Assembly (NCBI GenBank): GCA_044222185.1
Contig: JBGANV010000001.1
Location: 416,001 to 480,000 of the forward strand
Length of the DNA stretch: 64,000 nucleotides
Source: Planctomycetota bacterium
Lineage (GTDB): Bacteria; Planctomycetota; GCA-002687715; CAIWVZ01
Direction: 5' to 3'
Shown here: positions 49,302 to 58,665 of the stretch, piece by piece
Layout: every line of letters starts with the position of its first letter
How positions within the stretch are numbered: the first letter of the stretch is position 1
The notes under the pieces: generated by a model
The model's database searches: none
The model's input: the letters and a program-made list of their open reading frames with translations, nothing else
What the model was told of the DNA's origin: nothing
Position numbers and translations under genes: made by a program

Positions 49302-49739
49302 CTAGTTGATGATGTCGCCGATCACGGGACCACCGGTGCGCGCGACGATCTTCGTCGTGCCGTTCGGATCCACGAGCACGGCGACGGCGAACACCTGGTC
49401 ACCGACGAGAGCCGGGTCGTTCGGCATCATGCACGCGAGCGTTCCAACGATCGGGCCCGTCACGGACGTCGACGCGAGCCACACGCTGCCCGAAAGCGGG
49501 ATCGTGACGTTCCGGTTGCCCGCGGCCATGGTCGTCATCCCACTGTTGGACGTCCCGTAGTAGACGTACAGTGTCCCCCCCTGCGACGGCGTGGTGCCCC
49601 AGTCGAACGACATGATGGCGGGCGTCCCGATCGAGACTGATGACGGGAAGGTGAGCCCCAGGCTGGTGGGGGTGCCGGCGAACGACGACGTAGCGAACGA
49701 AAGAACGGCGACGGCAACGCAGAGGTTCGAACGGATCAT
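49302..49739 (-). CDS. Small secreted beta-rich protein
   Basis: GAGGAG SD, ATG 49739, signal peptide ...SSFA/G, ends MPNDPALVGDQVFAVAVLVD...DIIN. Confidence 0.8.
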   Translation of the reverse strand: MIRSNLCVAVAVLSFATSSFAGTPTSLGLTFPSSVSIGTPAIMSFDWGTTPSQGGTLYVYYGTSNSGMTTMAAGNRNVTIPLSGSVWLASTSVTGPIVGTLACMMPNDPALVGDQVFAVAVLVDPNGTTKIVARTGGPVIGDIIN

Positions 49740-49949
49740 GGGGGGCACTCCTCGGACGACAAGCGTCCATCTCGTCAGTCGATCCAGGCCGAAGCGTTCG
49801 AGGCACCCGTGCAGAATTCCCAGCTGCGCAGATTCCCTTTTTTTTCCGGACCCCTCATTTGCAGAATGAGCGGTCATCGCGCACCGGCTTGGCCGGGCGG
49901 ATTCTAATCGTCGAGAGATCTTTTGCAGAGCTGACTCCGAAAAAAGCCG

Positions 49950-51575
49950 ATGGATCGGAGGAAACCACACAAGTCTGAGCGAGCGTGTCCACGCGTCACG
50001 CACCGTGGCCTGCTCTGCGTCATGGCCGTTGCCGTGACGGCCGTCACCTCCGCGCAAACCCCTGCTGGGGAATGGAATCAGTTCTTTCCTGCGCGTGTCG
50101 CTCCGAGTTCGGCGAACTTGGAAATTGTCCGCAAGGAGCTTCGGCTTTTGCCGAAGGCGTCGGGTTCTGACCGACTCACAATCCGAGGCCGACTCATCGA
50201 GTTGGGCGCCGATGTCGTCCCTCCGCTGATTGCTGAGCTGGAAACGGGCAATCATCTGCTCTCGGAGAACGCCGCCCTCGTCCTCGGCGAGTTGCGTGAC
50301 AAGCGTGCAGTCGAGCCTCTCGCTCGCGTCGCGTCTGAAGCGACGCGTGGGCATGTCACGTCCGCGGCACTGGCGCTCGGTCGCATCGCCGATCCGGAAA
50401 CCATCAACGCGCTGACGCTGCAACTCCTGTCGGGGCACGCCCGGGAAGGGCGTCGCGCGGCAGCGCTGGCCCTCGGACGCCTTCGCCATCCCGAGGCCGT
50501 CGCGCGTCTCCGCGAGCAACTGCGCGAATGCAAGCAGGAGGGAGATCGGGCGGCATTGATCGCTGCGCTCGGCATGTCGGGGTCCGCTCTCGCGGTCGGC
50601 GACTTGTTGCCGCTGATGAAGGCGACGGACGACCGAACGCGTCGGTGCGCCGCAGCCGCACTCGCATGTCTGCCGGCGAGTCCGGAGTCCATCGCCGCCC
50701 TCCTCTCGCACCTTTCGGATGAGGACGATCTCGTCCGACTGAGCGTCCTCGATGGACTCGCACTCTCGCTCTCTCCGCCGCAGGCCGCGGAGGTCGCGCG
50801 AAAGGCATCTCTCGCGGCACATTCAGACGACCGTACCCGGGCCGGGGTCTGCCTGGTCGCTGGCGCGCGCGGTGGCGCCGCCATGTTGCCGTACTTGCTG
50901 GCGCGCGTGTCCGACTCGGCATCGAGCGAGAAGATCCGCGCCGCGGCCGTCGGGTCGATCATCGGCGCTGCCGAGCCGTTCGGTGACGAACTCGTGGCAC
51001 TGGGACTGAAAGACCGCCACGGCGACGTCCGCAAGATCGCCGTCATCGCGGGTGCGGTGCTCGACGGAAGGCGGAAGGCCCAGACCCCGCCCACGTGGTT
51101 TCTCGTCGACGACGAGCGCGATGCCGGCGTCCGCGACGTCGCGTTGCTTGCCTACGCATGGCTCAACGGTGTCAATGCGCGCGAGACGCTCGGTCGCATC
51201 ATCGCGGCGCAAAAGGAGGACCGCCTGGTCGAGCGAGCGCAGTCCCTGTTGCGATTGCTCGAGGGTCCGCCGGGCCTCGCTCACAAGTTCATCCGCGCGC
51301 ACCTCCAGGTCGCTCTCGACGACACGGGAGCTGCGCCGTCGTGGAACGTCCATCGCGCGATCAACACGATCGCCATCGAGGCACTGGGACTCGAGAAGGC
51401 GCTTCCCGAGCTGGCCGCCGGCGGCGGCGCCGCCGCCGGTGCCGGTGCGGAGGACCGGGCCAAGGCCGCTGCGCTCCGGAAGATCCCGCCCGACCAGGAA
51501 GACATGCGGCGCCACCTCGACCGGTACCCGTTCTCCGATTGGCGTGATTCCGTCGAAGTTCCGCTGCTGCGTTGA
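49950..51575 (+). CDS. Exported HEAT/PBS-lyase-repeat protein
   Basis: Signal-like AVTAVTSA/Q; repeated AALALG...AV..L units. Confidence 0.85.
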   Translation: MDRRKPHKSERACPRVTHRGLLCVMAVAVTAVTSAQTPAGEWNQFFPARVAPSSANLEIVRKELRLLPKASGSDRLTIRGRLIELGADVVPPLIAELETGNHLLSENAALVLGELRDKRAVEPLARVASEATRGHVTSAALALGRIADPETINALTLQLLSGHAREGRRAAALALGRLRHPEAVARLREQLRECKQEGDRAALIAALGMSGSALAVGDLLPLMKATDDRTRRCAAAALACLPASPESIAALLSHLSDEDDLVRLSVLDGLALSLSPPQAAEVARKASLAAHSDDRTRAGVCLVAGARGGAAMLPYLLARVSDSASSEKIRAAAVGSIIGAAEPFGDELVALGLKDRHGDVRKIAVIAGAVLDGRRKAQTPPTWFLVDDERDAGVRDVALLAYAWLNGVNARETLGRIIAAQKEDRLVERAQSLLRLLEGPPGLAHKFIRAHLQVALDDTGAAPSWNVHRAINTIAIEALGLEKALPELAAGGGAAAGAGAEDRAKAAALRKIPPDQEDMRRHLDRYPFSDWRDSVEVPLLR

Positions 51576-51641
51576 TCGGCTGTGGCGGCCGGGTGTCCAC
51601 GTCGGGCACGGTTATACTCCGCGGCCTTTCTGGCGCCTCCG

Positions 51642-52973
51642 ATGGACGTCCTCACTCTCTGCCTCCGCTACATCCGTTCGCGCAAGATCGCCATCGTCTC
51701 GTTGATCTTCGTCGCCATCGCCGTCACGGCCAACATCGTCGTGATCGCAGTGATGGATGGCTTCCAGGCACGGATCGAAACGCACCTGCGCGGCATCGAG
51801 TCCGACCTGACAATCCAGATGGGCGGGGATTTCCTCCCGATCAACCATCTGAAAGCCGTCTCCGACGAGCTCGCGGGGGAGATGGCGTCGAACGGGGGAC
51901 CCATCGAGCACCTGTCGCCGCACTTGCAGTGCTGGGGACTCTCGGCTTCCGCCGTCGACTTCGGGCACAGCACGGTTCAAACGCACTACCACCCGGTGAA
52001 ACTGCTTGGCATCGACTATGCCGACGAGATCCAGGTCGTTCCTTTTCGAAAGCTGCTCGTCGAGCTGAGGAGCCAGGACTCCCACCTCCGCATCCCCGAC
52101 GCGGATCTCGCCGATCCCTTCCGTGAGCGGGCGGTTCCCGGCGTGCTCATCGGGACGAGCCTCGCGACCGCCATGGGACTTCGGCTGGGCGACACCTTGC
52201 AGATCCTCACGGGCCGCCTGCGCAGCGAGAACGGCAACCCGAACAACACGACGTTCGCGCATCAGAACCTGGCCTTCCAGCTCGTGGGATGCTTCGACAC
52301 GGGGCGCGACGACTACGACATGACGTACGTCTACATGACGCGCACAGATTTCGCGCGGCTGCATTGGGGTGCGAACCCACCGCCGCACGAGGACTGCAAG
52401 ACCGTCCAGGCGCGCCTCCGAGACGGACTGGATCTGAAGAAGACTGCCGACCAACTGAAGGCAGCTCACCCGCGCTTGACCATCCTGACCTGGGAAGACC
52501 AGGCCGGCCGACTCATGGCGGCCGTGAGGTCCGAGAAGGCGATGATCGTCATCATCATCTTCTTCATCATCGCGGTCGCGGCCGGATCCATCCTCGGCAT
52601 CCTCTACATGATGGTGATCGAGAAGACGCGGGACATCGGGATCCTGCGCAGCATGGGGCTTTCCCGACTGCGCGTCATCGGCGTGTTCATGGGATGCGGA
52701 ACGGTCCTCGGCGGAATCGGGTCCGCCGCCGGCCTCGGACTCGGACTGCTCATCGTCCGGAACATCAACGCGATCAAGGATTTCCTCGGGAGGTTCGGCA
52801 TCGAGGTCTTCAGCGAGAAGGTCTATGGGTTCAAGGAGATCCCGACCAAGTTGCTCCCCGAGTGGGTCGCAGGCACGGTGATCGTCGCCGTCCTCCTGTC
52901 GATCCTCGCGGGCGTGATCCCGGCGGCTCTCGCGGCGCGCCTCGATCCGGTCCGCTGCCTGAAGGACGAATGA
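51642..52973 (+). CDS. ABC transporter permease, LolC/E (MacB/FtsX) family
   Basis: VIAVMDGF, large periplasmic domain, MMVIEKTRDIGILRSMG, AARLDPVRCL. TATACT at 51613-51618. Confidence 0.9.
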   Translation: MDVLTLCLRYIRSRKIAIVSLIFVAIAVTANIVVIAVMDGFQARIETHLRGIESDLTIQMGGDFLPINHLKAVSDELAGEMASNGGPIEHLSPHLQCWGLSASAVDFGHSTVQTHYHPVKLLGIDYADEIQVVPFRKLLVELRSQDSHLRIPDADLADPFRERAVPGVLIGTSLATAMGLRLGDTLQILTGRLRSENGNPNNTTFAHQNLAFQLVGCFDTGRDDYDMTYVYMTRTDFARLHWGANPPPHEDCKTVQARLRDGLDLKKTADQLKAAHPRLTILTWEDQAGRLMAAVRSEKAMIVIIIFFIIAVAAGSILGILYMMVIEKTRDIGILRSMGLSRLRVIGVFMGCGTVLGGIGSAAGLGLGLLIVRNINAIKDFLGRFGIEVFSEKVYGFKEIPTKLLPEWVAGTVIVAVLLSILAGVIPAALAARLDPVRCLKDE

Positions 52974-52974
52974 C

Positions 52975-53724
52975 ATGACCGGCTTCTTCGAGGTCCGGGG
53001 TGTGACGCGAACGTTCGAAACCGGCGGAACGACGTTGCAGATCCTCCAAGGCGTCGACCTCGACGTCGTCGAGGGTGACTTCGTGGCCGTTCAGGGAACG
53101 TCCGGGTCTGGAAAGACGACGCTGCTCCACATCATGGGCCTGCTCGATCGGCCGACGACGGGCACCGTCTACTTCCAAGGCGAGGAGATCGGCTCGGCAC
53201 CGGATGGCCGGCGCGGCATCCTTCGAGCCCTCGAGTTCGCGTTCGTGTTCCAGTTCTACTACCTGCTGCCCGAGTTCAACGCGCTGGAGAACGTCGCGCT
53301 CCCAGGCATGATCGCCCTGGGCACCGGTGCCTCGAAGCGTGTCCCGCGCGCCAAGACCGACCGCATGGATCGAGCGGCCGAGCTCCTCGCTCGGGTGGGG
53401 CTCGCGCAGCGCGTCACGCACAGGCCTCACCAGCTCTCCGGAGGCGAGCGCCAACGCGTGGCCATCGCCCGTGCGCTCATGAACGAGCCGCGCATCGTCT
53501 TCTGCGACGAGCCCACGGGCAACCTGGACTCGAAGACGGCCAGGGGCATCCATGCCCTGTTCGGGGAGTTGAACGCCACGCTGCGCCAGACCTTCGTCGT
53601 CGTCACGCACGAGGAGAGCATGGCCGTCGCTGCCCACCGTCGCGTCTTCTTGCGGGATGGCGCGATCCGCGCCTACGAAACGCTTCACGCTGCGGACGGG
53701 ACGCCGGGCGAAGTTCAGGCGTGA
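52975..53724 (+). CDS. lolD: ABC transporter ATP-binding protein, LolD-like
   Basis: GTSGSGKTT, FVFQFYYLLPEFNALENV, LSGGERQR, DEPTGNLD, VVTHE. Confidence 0.88.
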   Translation: MTGFFEVRGVTRTFETGGTTLQILQGVDLDVVEGDFVAVQGTSGSGKTTLLHIMGLLDRPTTGTVYFQGEEIGSAPDGRRGILRALEFAFVFQFYYLLPEFNALENVALPGMIALGTGASKRVPRAKTDRMDRAAELLARVGLAQRVTHRPHQLSGGERQRVAIARALMNEPRIVFCDEPTGNLDSKTARGIHALFGELNATLRQTFVVVTHEESMAVAAHRRVFLRDGAIRAYETLHAADGTPGEVQA

Positions 53725-54122
53725 TTCGTGACGGGCGGGACGTTGGGGCGTCGGACGCGGACGACGTCGCCGTCCTTGCCGGCGACGACCTCCAGCCGGC
53801 CCTCGCGTTCGAGCCATCCGACGGCCTCCGCCGTCACTGCGGTCGACAAACCGACGGCCTTCGTGAGGTCCGGCAAGCTGCGGGCTGACAGCTCCAGTTG
53901 CGCCAGGATGGCGACCGAGACCGAACGGCGGGAGTGCAGCGTCCGCGCCGCCGCATCCACGAGAACTTCATCTCGCGTATGAAGGAAGCGCACCGCCTGG
54001 TTGAAGTCGGGCGAGCCTTCGTCGAGCCCGCTCGCTGCAGCCAGGTCGGCAGGCGTCAGCGAGACGGACGCGTCGAGCGCGCGCCGGAGCTTGTCGAGCA
54101 GGGTGATGAACTCGTGGCTCAC
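53715..54122 (-). CDS. Small protein with two winged-helix-like units (second resembles DUF2582)
   Basis: LTPADLAAASGL...AVRFL and SLPDLTKAVGLS...AVGWLEREGRL. Confidence 0.65.
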   Translation of the reverse strand: MSHEFITLLDKLRRALDASVSLTPADLAAASGLDEGSPDFNQAVRFLHTRDEVLVDAAARTLHSRRSVSVAILAQLELSARSLPDLTKAVGLSTAVTAEAVGWLEREGRLEVVAGKDGDVVRVRRPNVPPVTNHA

Positions 54123-54190
54123 GGGTGGAAAAGGGGTGGGAGGCGAGGAGTTTACCGTTTCGACCCCACCGAGGTCACGCTTGGATCGAG

Positions 54191-54703
54191 TCAGTCCGCG
54201 ACGACCGGATCGAATTCCGCTGAGGGCCTCCGCAACGTGACCGGCGGCGCGAGCACCTCCGAGAGCAGAAATGCGCGGCGCAGCATGGGACGGTCGTTCA
54301 ACACCCGGGCGAGCCCTTCGTGTCGGACGGTCCCGCCCGCCTGCGCCGCATCGGTGGGGGACTCCAGGGCTCCAACGCCGGTTTGCGAGCGGAATTGGAG
54401 GCGCGCGACGGCGGGTCGTGCCGGCCGCGGCGGCAACGGCGCGTGGGCTGAGCGAGTCGGAATCGCGGCGGGCCTCGGCGATACGACGGGCACCGGCGGC
54501 ACCGGGGGACGGGACGCCGCGGAGCCTGCGGGGGCCCTCGGCAGGGTCGCCATGGGCGGCGGCACTGCGACTGGCCGAGTCGGCGGCAACGGGCGCCGCG
54601 CCATGGCCCGCTTCGCCGCCGAGGCGTCGCTCGCCTTCTTGATCACGCTCCCCAGGATGAAGAGCGCGAACAGGACGAGCTTGACGATCTGGTCTTCGCG
54701 CAT
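54191..54703 (-). CDS. YqfB-like membrane-anchored protein of floA operons
   Basis: N-terminal TM, Pro/Arg linker, C-terminal LRRAFLLSEVLAPPVTLR. Directly follows floA. Confidence 0.75.
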   Translation of the reverse strand: MREDQIVKLVLFALFILGSVIKKASDASAAKRAMARRPLPPTRPVAVPPPMATLPRAPAGSAASRPPVPPVPVVSPRPAAIPTRSAHAPLPPRPARPAVARLQFRSQTGVGALESPTDAAQAGGTVRHEGLARVLNDRPMLRRAFLLSEVLAPPVTLRRPSAEFDPVVAD

Positions 54704-54706
54704 CGG

Positions 54707-55744
54707 TCAGCTCTTCGATGTCGGGTGCGGGGCCTGCTCGGCGCCTGGATCGGTCCCGAGCGTCTGGCGCATGCGCGTATCGGCCATCACGTTTTGCATG
54801 CGGTAGTGGTCCATCACGCCGAGGCGGCCCGTCTTCAACGCCTCTGCGAGCGCCAGGGGCACCATCGCTTCGGCCTCCACGACCTTCGCACGATTCGCGG
54901 CGACCTGCGCGATCATTTCGCGCTCCATGGCGATGGCGAGTGCCTTCCTCTCCTCGGCCTTGGCCTGGGCGACGAGGAGATCGGCGTTCGCCTGGTCGAT
55001 TTGGAGCTTGGAGCCGATGTTTTCGCCCACGTCGATGTCGGCGATGTCGATCGAGAGGATCTCGAACGCGGTACCGGCGTCCAGGCCTTTCGCGAGCACC
55101 GTCCGGGAGATGCTGTCCGGGTTCTCGAGCACGGTCTTGTGGTCCTGAGCCGAGCCGATCGTCGTGAGGATGCCCTCGCCGACACGTGCGATGATGGTCT
55201 CCTCCGTGGCACCACCGACGAGCCGCGGGATGTTCGTGCGGACGGTCACACGCGCCTTCACTCGAAGCTCGATCCCGTTCTTGGCGACGGCCGAGATGTA
55301 GGGGCGTCCCGACGCGGCGTTCGGGCAGTCGATGACTTTCGGGTCGACCGACGTCCGGATGGCATCGACGACGTCACGGCCGGCGAGGTCGATGGCCGCC
55401 GCCGTCTTCAGCGGCAGCTCGATTCCGGCGCGATCGGCCGCGATCATGGCGGATACGACGGACATCACGTTGCCGCCCGCGAGCGAGTGGGCCTCGAGCT
55501 CGCGTCGCCCGGCGTCGATGCCGGCCTGAACGCAACGAATGCGCGCGTTGACGATCAGCGTCGAGTTCACTTTTCGCAGGCTCATCCCGATGAGCTCGAA
55601 GAACGAGATCCGGGCGCCCGAGAATGCGGCGCGGATGTACAAGTTGAGGTACTTCGCCAGCATGGCGATGACGATGAGAGCGACGATGCCGATCGCGAGC
55701 AGGAGCACGAGGGCAGTATCGATCTGCTGTGCGGCGAGGTGCAT
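54707..55744 (-). CDS. floA: Flotillin-like protein FloA (YqfA/UPF0365)
   Basis: [70 protein letters not shown]. Confidence 0.96.
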   Translation of the reverse strand: MHLAAQQIDTALVLLLAIGIVALIVIAMLAKYLNLYIRAAFSGARISFFELIGMSLRKVNSTLIVNARIRCVQAGIDAGRRELEAHSLAGGNVMSVVSAMIAADRAGIELPLKTAAAIDLAGRDVVDAIRTSVDPKVIDCPNAASGRPYISAVAKNGIELRVKARVTVRTNIPRLVGGATEETIIARVGEGILTTIGSAQDHKTVLENPDSISRTVLAKGLDAGTAFEILSIDIADIDVGENIGSKLQIDQANADLLVAQAKAEERKALAIAMEREMIAQVAANRAKVVEAEAMVPLALAEALKTGRLGVMDHYRMQNVMADTRMRQTLGTDPGAEQAPHPTSKS

Positions 55745-56245
55745 TCAGTTGACTCCAGGTTTCTGTGACGCCGGCCCGGGCTCGACGATCACGCGCATTC
55801 CTTCGACCCTGACGACGACGATGACCGTTCCCTTGGCGATGAACCCGGTGGCGGCGATGACGTCCAGCCGCTGCGTTCCGATCTCGGCCCGGCCCGTGGG
55901 CCGCAGATCCGTAGCGGCGTGCCCAGTAGCTCCGACCAGCTGCAGCAGAGCCGGGTCGGACATGCGTCCGATCTCCGACGGCGCGGGCGCTGCGAGCATC
56001 GACTTGCGGCCGAACGGCGTTCGCCCCATGTAACGGAACCCGATGGCGAACGCCGCAGGGAAGATGAGGAGACCGGAGAGCGCCACGCCGATCCCGGCTG
56101 CGGTGCTCTCCCGGAACGCGAGGACGGCCGCGAAGACGAACGCCGTCGCGGAGAGCACGCCGAGCATGCCGAACGACGGGATCACGACCTCCAGGATCAT
56201 CAGCCCGAACGAGGCCATGAGCAGGAGGACCGTCGCCGTCGTCAT
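55745..56245 (-). CDS. Short NfeD-like protein (TM + OB fold)
   Basis: ILEVVIPSFG; G.TGHAATDLRPTGRAEI...DVIA...IAKG..IVVVRVEG. ATGA overlap with the long nfeD. Confidence 0.9.
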   Translation of the reverse strand: MTTATVLLLMASFGLMILEVVIPSFGMLGVLSATAFVFAAVLAFRESTAAGIGVALSGLLIFPAAFAIGFRYMGRTPFGRKSMLAAPAPSEIGRMSDPALLQLVGATGHAATDLRPTGRAEIGTQRLDVIAATGFIAKGTVIVVVRVEGMRVIVEPGPASQKPGVN

Positions 56246-57801
56246 GCGCGACCCTCGGAACGAACGACGACACGGTGACCTTCGATCGCCGTGACGACGA
56301 TGCGCGAGCCGCGCGCCACGAACTCGCCGTCCGTGACAACGTCGACGCGGTGGTCGCGCAGTCGCGCGATACCAGCCGGCCTCAGGTCGGTCTCTGCGGA
56401 CCCGATGGCACCGACTTCCAGGTCGATGAACCCGCTCGACGTGGGGACGCTCGGCCGCAGTGCCGACTTCGCCGCTGCCGTGAGGCTCTGAACGGGCGGT
56501 GCGAGGAACGCGTGATTCAAGAGCGGGAGTTTGTGGAGCTTGGGTGCGATCAGCATGGCGCCGATCGCCGCGAGCACGAGCGAGCCGGAGAAGTGGAGCA
56601 GCCACATCTTCAACCGCACGTAATCGGCCGGACTGTCGGGAATCAACCGCTCCCGCAACGTCGTTCCACCGAAGTCGATGCTCGCCGCGTAGATGCTGAA
56701 GAGGATCAAGGCGATGCCGAGGATCCCCGGCACGCCGAACCCCGGCAGGAAGACGATCTCGATGAGCAGCAGGAGGAACCCCACCAGCAGCAGTCCGATG
56801 GAGAAGAGAGCGTCGATCCCTCCCTGGTTCGCGTTCAGGAGGAAATAGCCGCACAGGCACGCCACACCGAGGACGCCGTTGATGCCGAGCCCGGGTGTCT
56901 TCAGCTCGAGGATGAGGAAGAAGATCCCGGCGGCGAGCAGCAGGATGCTCCAGTCCATGTGGAACCACTCGGCCGAGCCCAGGTCCTTCTTCTTGAGCTC
57001 GATGATCTCGTCGCTCGTGAGCTCGTGGTCCGGGATCTTCAACGCGCGCAGCAGATCATCACGCGACCCGGCGCTCTTGAACGGGAATCCGAAACGGGCC
57101 GCATCCTCCGCCTTGAGCGTGAGCGTTTGACCCCGCGAAACGACGAGTTCCTGGGTCCGTTGGTCGCGGACGGGATCACCCAGTTCTTCGAGCGAGGGGC
57201 GATTGAGGAACTCGGGTGGCCGTCCCGGTCGACGAACCTCCGTGATCTCCACGTCGGGATCGATCATCGCGTCGACGAAGAGTTCTGGCCACGCGTTCCG
57301 TCGCGCGGTGGCGCGAGCCCGGCGCAGCACGTCCCTGCGCACGGCCGACGGGTCGCTGCCGCTCGTTCCGTCCATCCGCGTGGGGTCGGCGTCGCCGATC
57401 CGACCGCCGGCCCCCAGGACGACGACGTCGGCTTCGAGAGCCACCAGCGCGGCGACCCCGGTCGCGACCTCCGGGACGAATGCGACGACGCGGACGCCCT
57501 GGTTGCGCAGGTCCTGGAAGTCGTCGGCAAAACTCTGCCAGGCGGCCAACTCGCCACCTGTTGCCGTGACCTCGAACACGAGGATGGTCGCCTGTTGGGC
57601 GCGGGCCCGCTCGCGGGCTTCGCGCCACTCGCGCACCAGGTCGGCGTCAAACCGCCTCACCACGCTGAGGCTGCGGTCGAAGATCGTCTCCCCGTCGCGG
57701 GGCATGGTGATGACGCGCAGGACCGGGTCCTGTGACGGGGCCGAGCCCACCAGGAGGGCCAGGATCGTCGCGATTGCGCATAGCGGCTGTCGAGCCTTCA
57801 T
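56242..57801 (-). CDS. Long NfeD-family protein (ClpP/crotonase-like domain, TM domain, OB fold)
   Basis: Signal peptide; LELKTPG, IEIVFLPGFGVPGILG, ETDLRPAG, VDVVTDGEFV. Confidence 0.88.
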   Translation of the reverse strand: MKARQPLCAIATILALLVGSAPSQDPVLRVITMPRDGETIFDRSLSVVRRFDADLVREWREARERARAQQATILVFEVTATGGELAAWQSFADDFQDLRNQGVRVVAFVPEVATGVAALVALEADVVVLGAGGRIGDADPTRMDGTSGSDPSAVRRDVLRRARATARRNAWPELFVDAMIDPDVEITEVRRPGRPPEFLNRPSLEELGDPVRDQRTQELVVSRGQTLTLKAEDAARFGFPFKSAGSRDDLLRALKIPDHELTSDEIIELKKKDLGSAEWFHMDWSILLLAAGIFFLILELKTPGLGINGVLGVACLCGYFLLNANQGGIDALFSIGLLLVGFLLLLIEIVFLPGFGVPGILGIALILFSIYAASIDFGGTTLRERLIPDSPADYVRLKMWLLHFSGSLVLAAIGAMLIAPKLHKLPLLNHAFLAPPVQSLTAAAKSALRPSVPTSSGFIDLEVGAIGSAETDLRPAGIARLRDHRVDVVTDGEFVARGSRIVVTAIEGHRVVVRSEGRA

Positions 57802-57882
57802 CCCGTGATGCCCCTCGAAGGCGTTCAGGATATGGTGTCTGCCTCGTCACGAACAGGGGCGCACGTCCCGTGGGAGGTCAGC

Positions 57883-58200
57883 ATGGAGATCGTCCTCGTA
57901 CTCGTCACGGTTCCCAATGCGGACGTTGGCCGATCGATTGCGCGCGCACTGATCGACGAGCGGCTCGTGGCGTGCGTCAACCGGATCCCCGGCGTGGTGT
58001 CGACGTTCCGGTGGGAGGCGACGGTCCAGGAAGAATCGGAGGAGCTCCTGGTGCTCAAGACCACGCGATCCTCGCTGGATGCGCTGGAGGCAAGGGTTTC
58101 CGCGCTACACCCCTACCAGGTGCCGGAATTCGTCGTGATGGCGGCCGACCGGGTGTCTGCGGCCTACGCGGGCTGGGTCAGGGCCGAGACGACCCGCTGA
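57883..58200 (+). CDS. cutA: Divalent-cation tolerance protein CutA
   Basis: LVTVP, LVACVN, STFRWE, KTT, HPYQVPE. GGAGG SD. Confidence 0.93.
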   Translation: MEIVLVLVTVPNADVGRSIARALIDERLVACVNRIPGVVSTFRWEATVQEESEELLVLKTTRSSLDALEARVSALHPYQVPEFVVMAADRVSAAYAGWVRAETTR

Positions 58201-58243
58201 CGCCAGGGACAGGTGCCGGGGCCGTTGCCCCTGGAAACGACGA

Positions 58244-58278
58244 CGCGCGGAGCCGGCCGGTGCCGGGCGCTCCGCGCG
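58244..58278. terminator. GC-rich inverted repeat between convergent cutA and rpmG
   Basis: CGCGCGGAGC (58244-58253) / GCTCCGCGCG (58269-58278) with an inner stem. Confidence 0.5.
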
Positions 58279-58298
58279 GTTGGTCACCCCGAGTGCGA

Positions 58299-58466
58299 CT
58301 ACTTCTTCTTCTCGACGTGCACCGTGTGCTTGCGGAGGCGCGGGCAGTACTTCTTCAGCTCGAGCTTCGTGCCCTTGGTGCGCTTCTTGATGGTGTAGTT
58401 GCGGTCGCCTGACTCGGTGCAGGCGAGGAAAACGATCTCGTAGGCGTCTTTGCTCTTCTTGGCCAT
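58299..58466 (-). CDS. rpmG: 50S ribosomal protein L33
   Basis: [55 protein letters not shown]. Confidence 0.96.
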   Translation of the reverse strand: MAKKSKDAYEIVFLACTESGDRNYTIKKRTKGTKLELKKYCPRLRKHTVHVEKKK

Positions 58467-58588
58467 GACGAATCTCGGCGCGCGTCTGCTCGACTCGACT
58501 GCGAACCCCCGACGGGTCACCGTCGAGGGTCGCGACGATATGAAGGCACGCGCGAAGCGTCAACGTCGCGCGTGCCTTGCGTTCGGGA

Positions 58589-58661
58589 TGGAGGATAGGG
58601 GGCTCGAACCCCTGACCTCCACAATGCCATTGTGGCGCTCTCCCAGCTGAGCTAATCCCCC
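58589..58661 (-). tRNA. tRNA-Ala (anticodon GGC), CCA not encoded
   Basis: GGGGGAUUAGCUCAGCUGGGAGAGCGCCACAAUGGCAUUGUGGAGGUCAGGGGUUCGAGCCCCCUAUCCUCCA; G3-U70 identity pair; A32-U38. Confidence 0.98.
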
Positions 58662-58665
58662 AAAC

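Noticed and set aside
49838-49845. T8 homopolymer as a phase-variation tract
   Set aside because: Short, and simply part of an AT-rich promoter region; no evidence of variation.
58299-58466. L33 with only two of four zinc-ribbon cysteines
   Set aside because: Zinc-free and partial L33 variants are well known.
58501-58578. Two strong hairpins between tRNA-Ala and rpmG as a riboswitch
   Set aside because: No recognisable aptamer motif; more simply tRNA-trailer processing or stability stems.
58589-58661. tRNA as an integration site
   Set aside because: No integrase and no duplicated tRNA 3' end seen; flanked by core genes.
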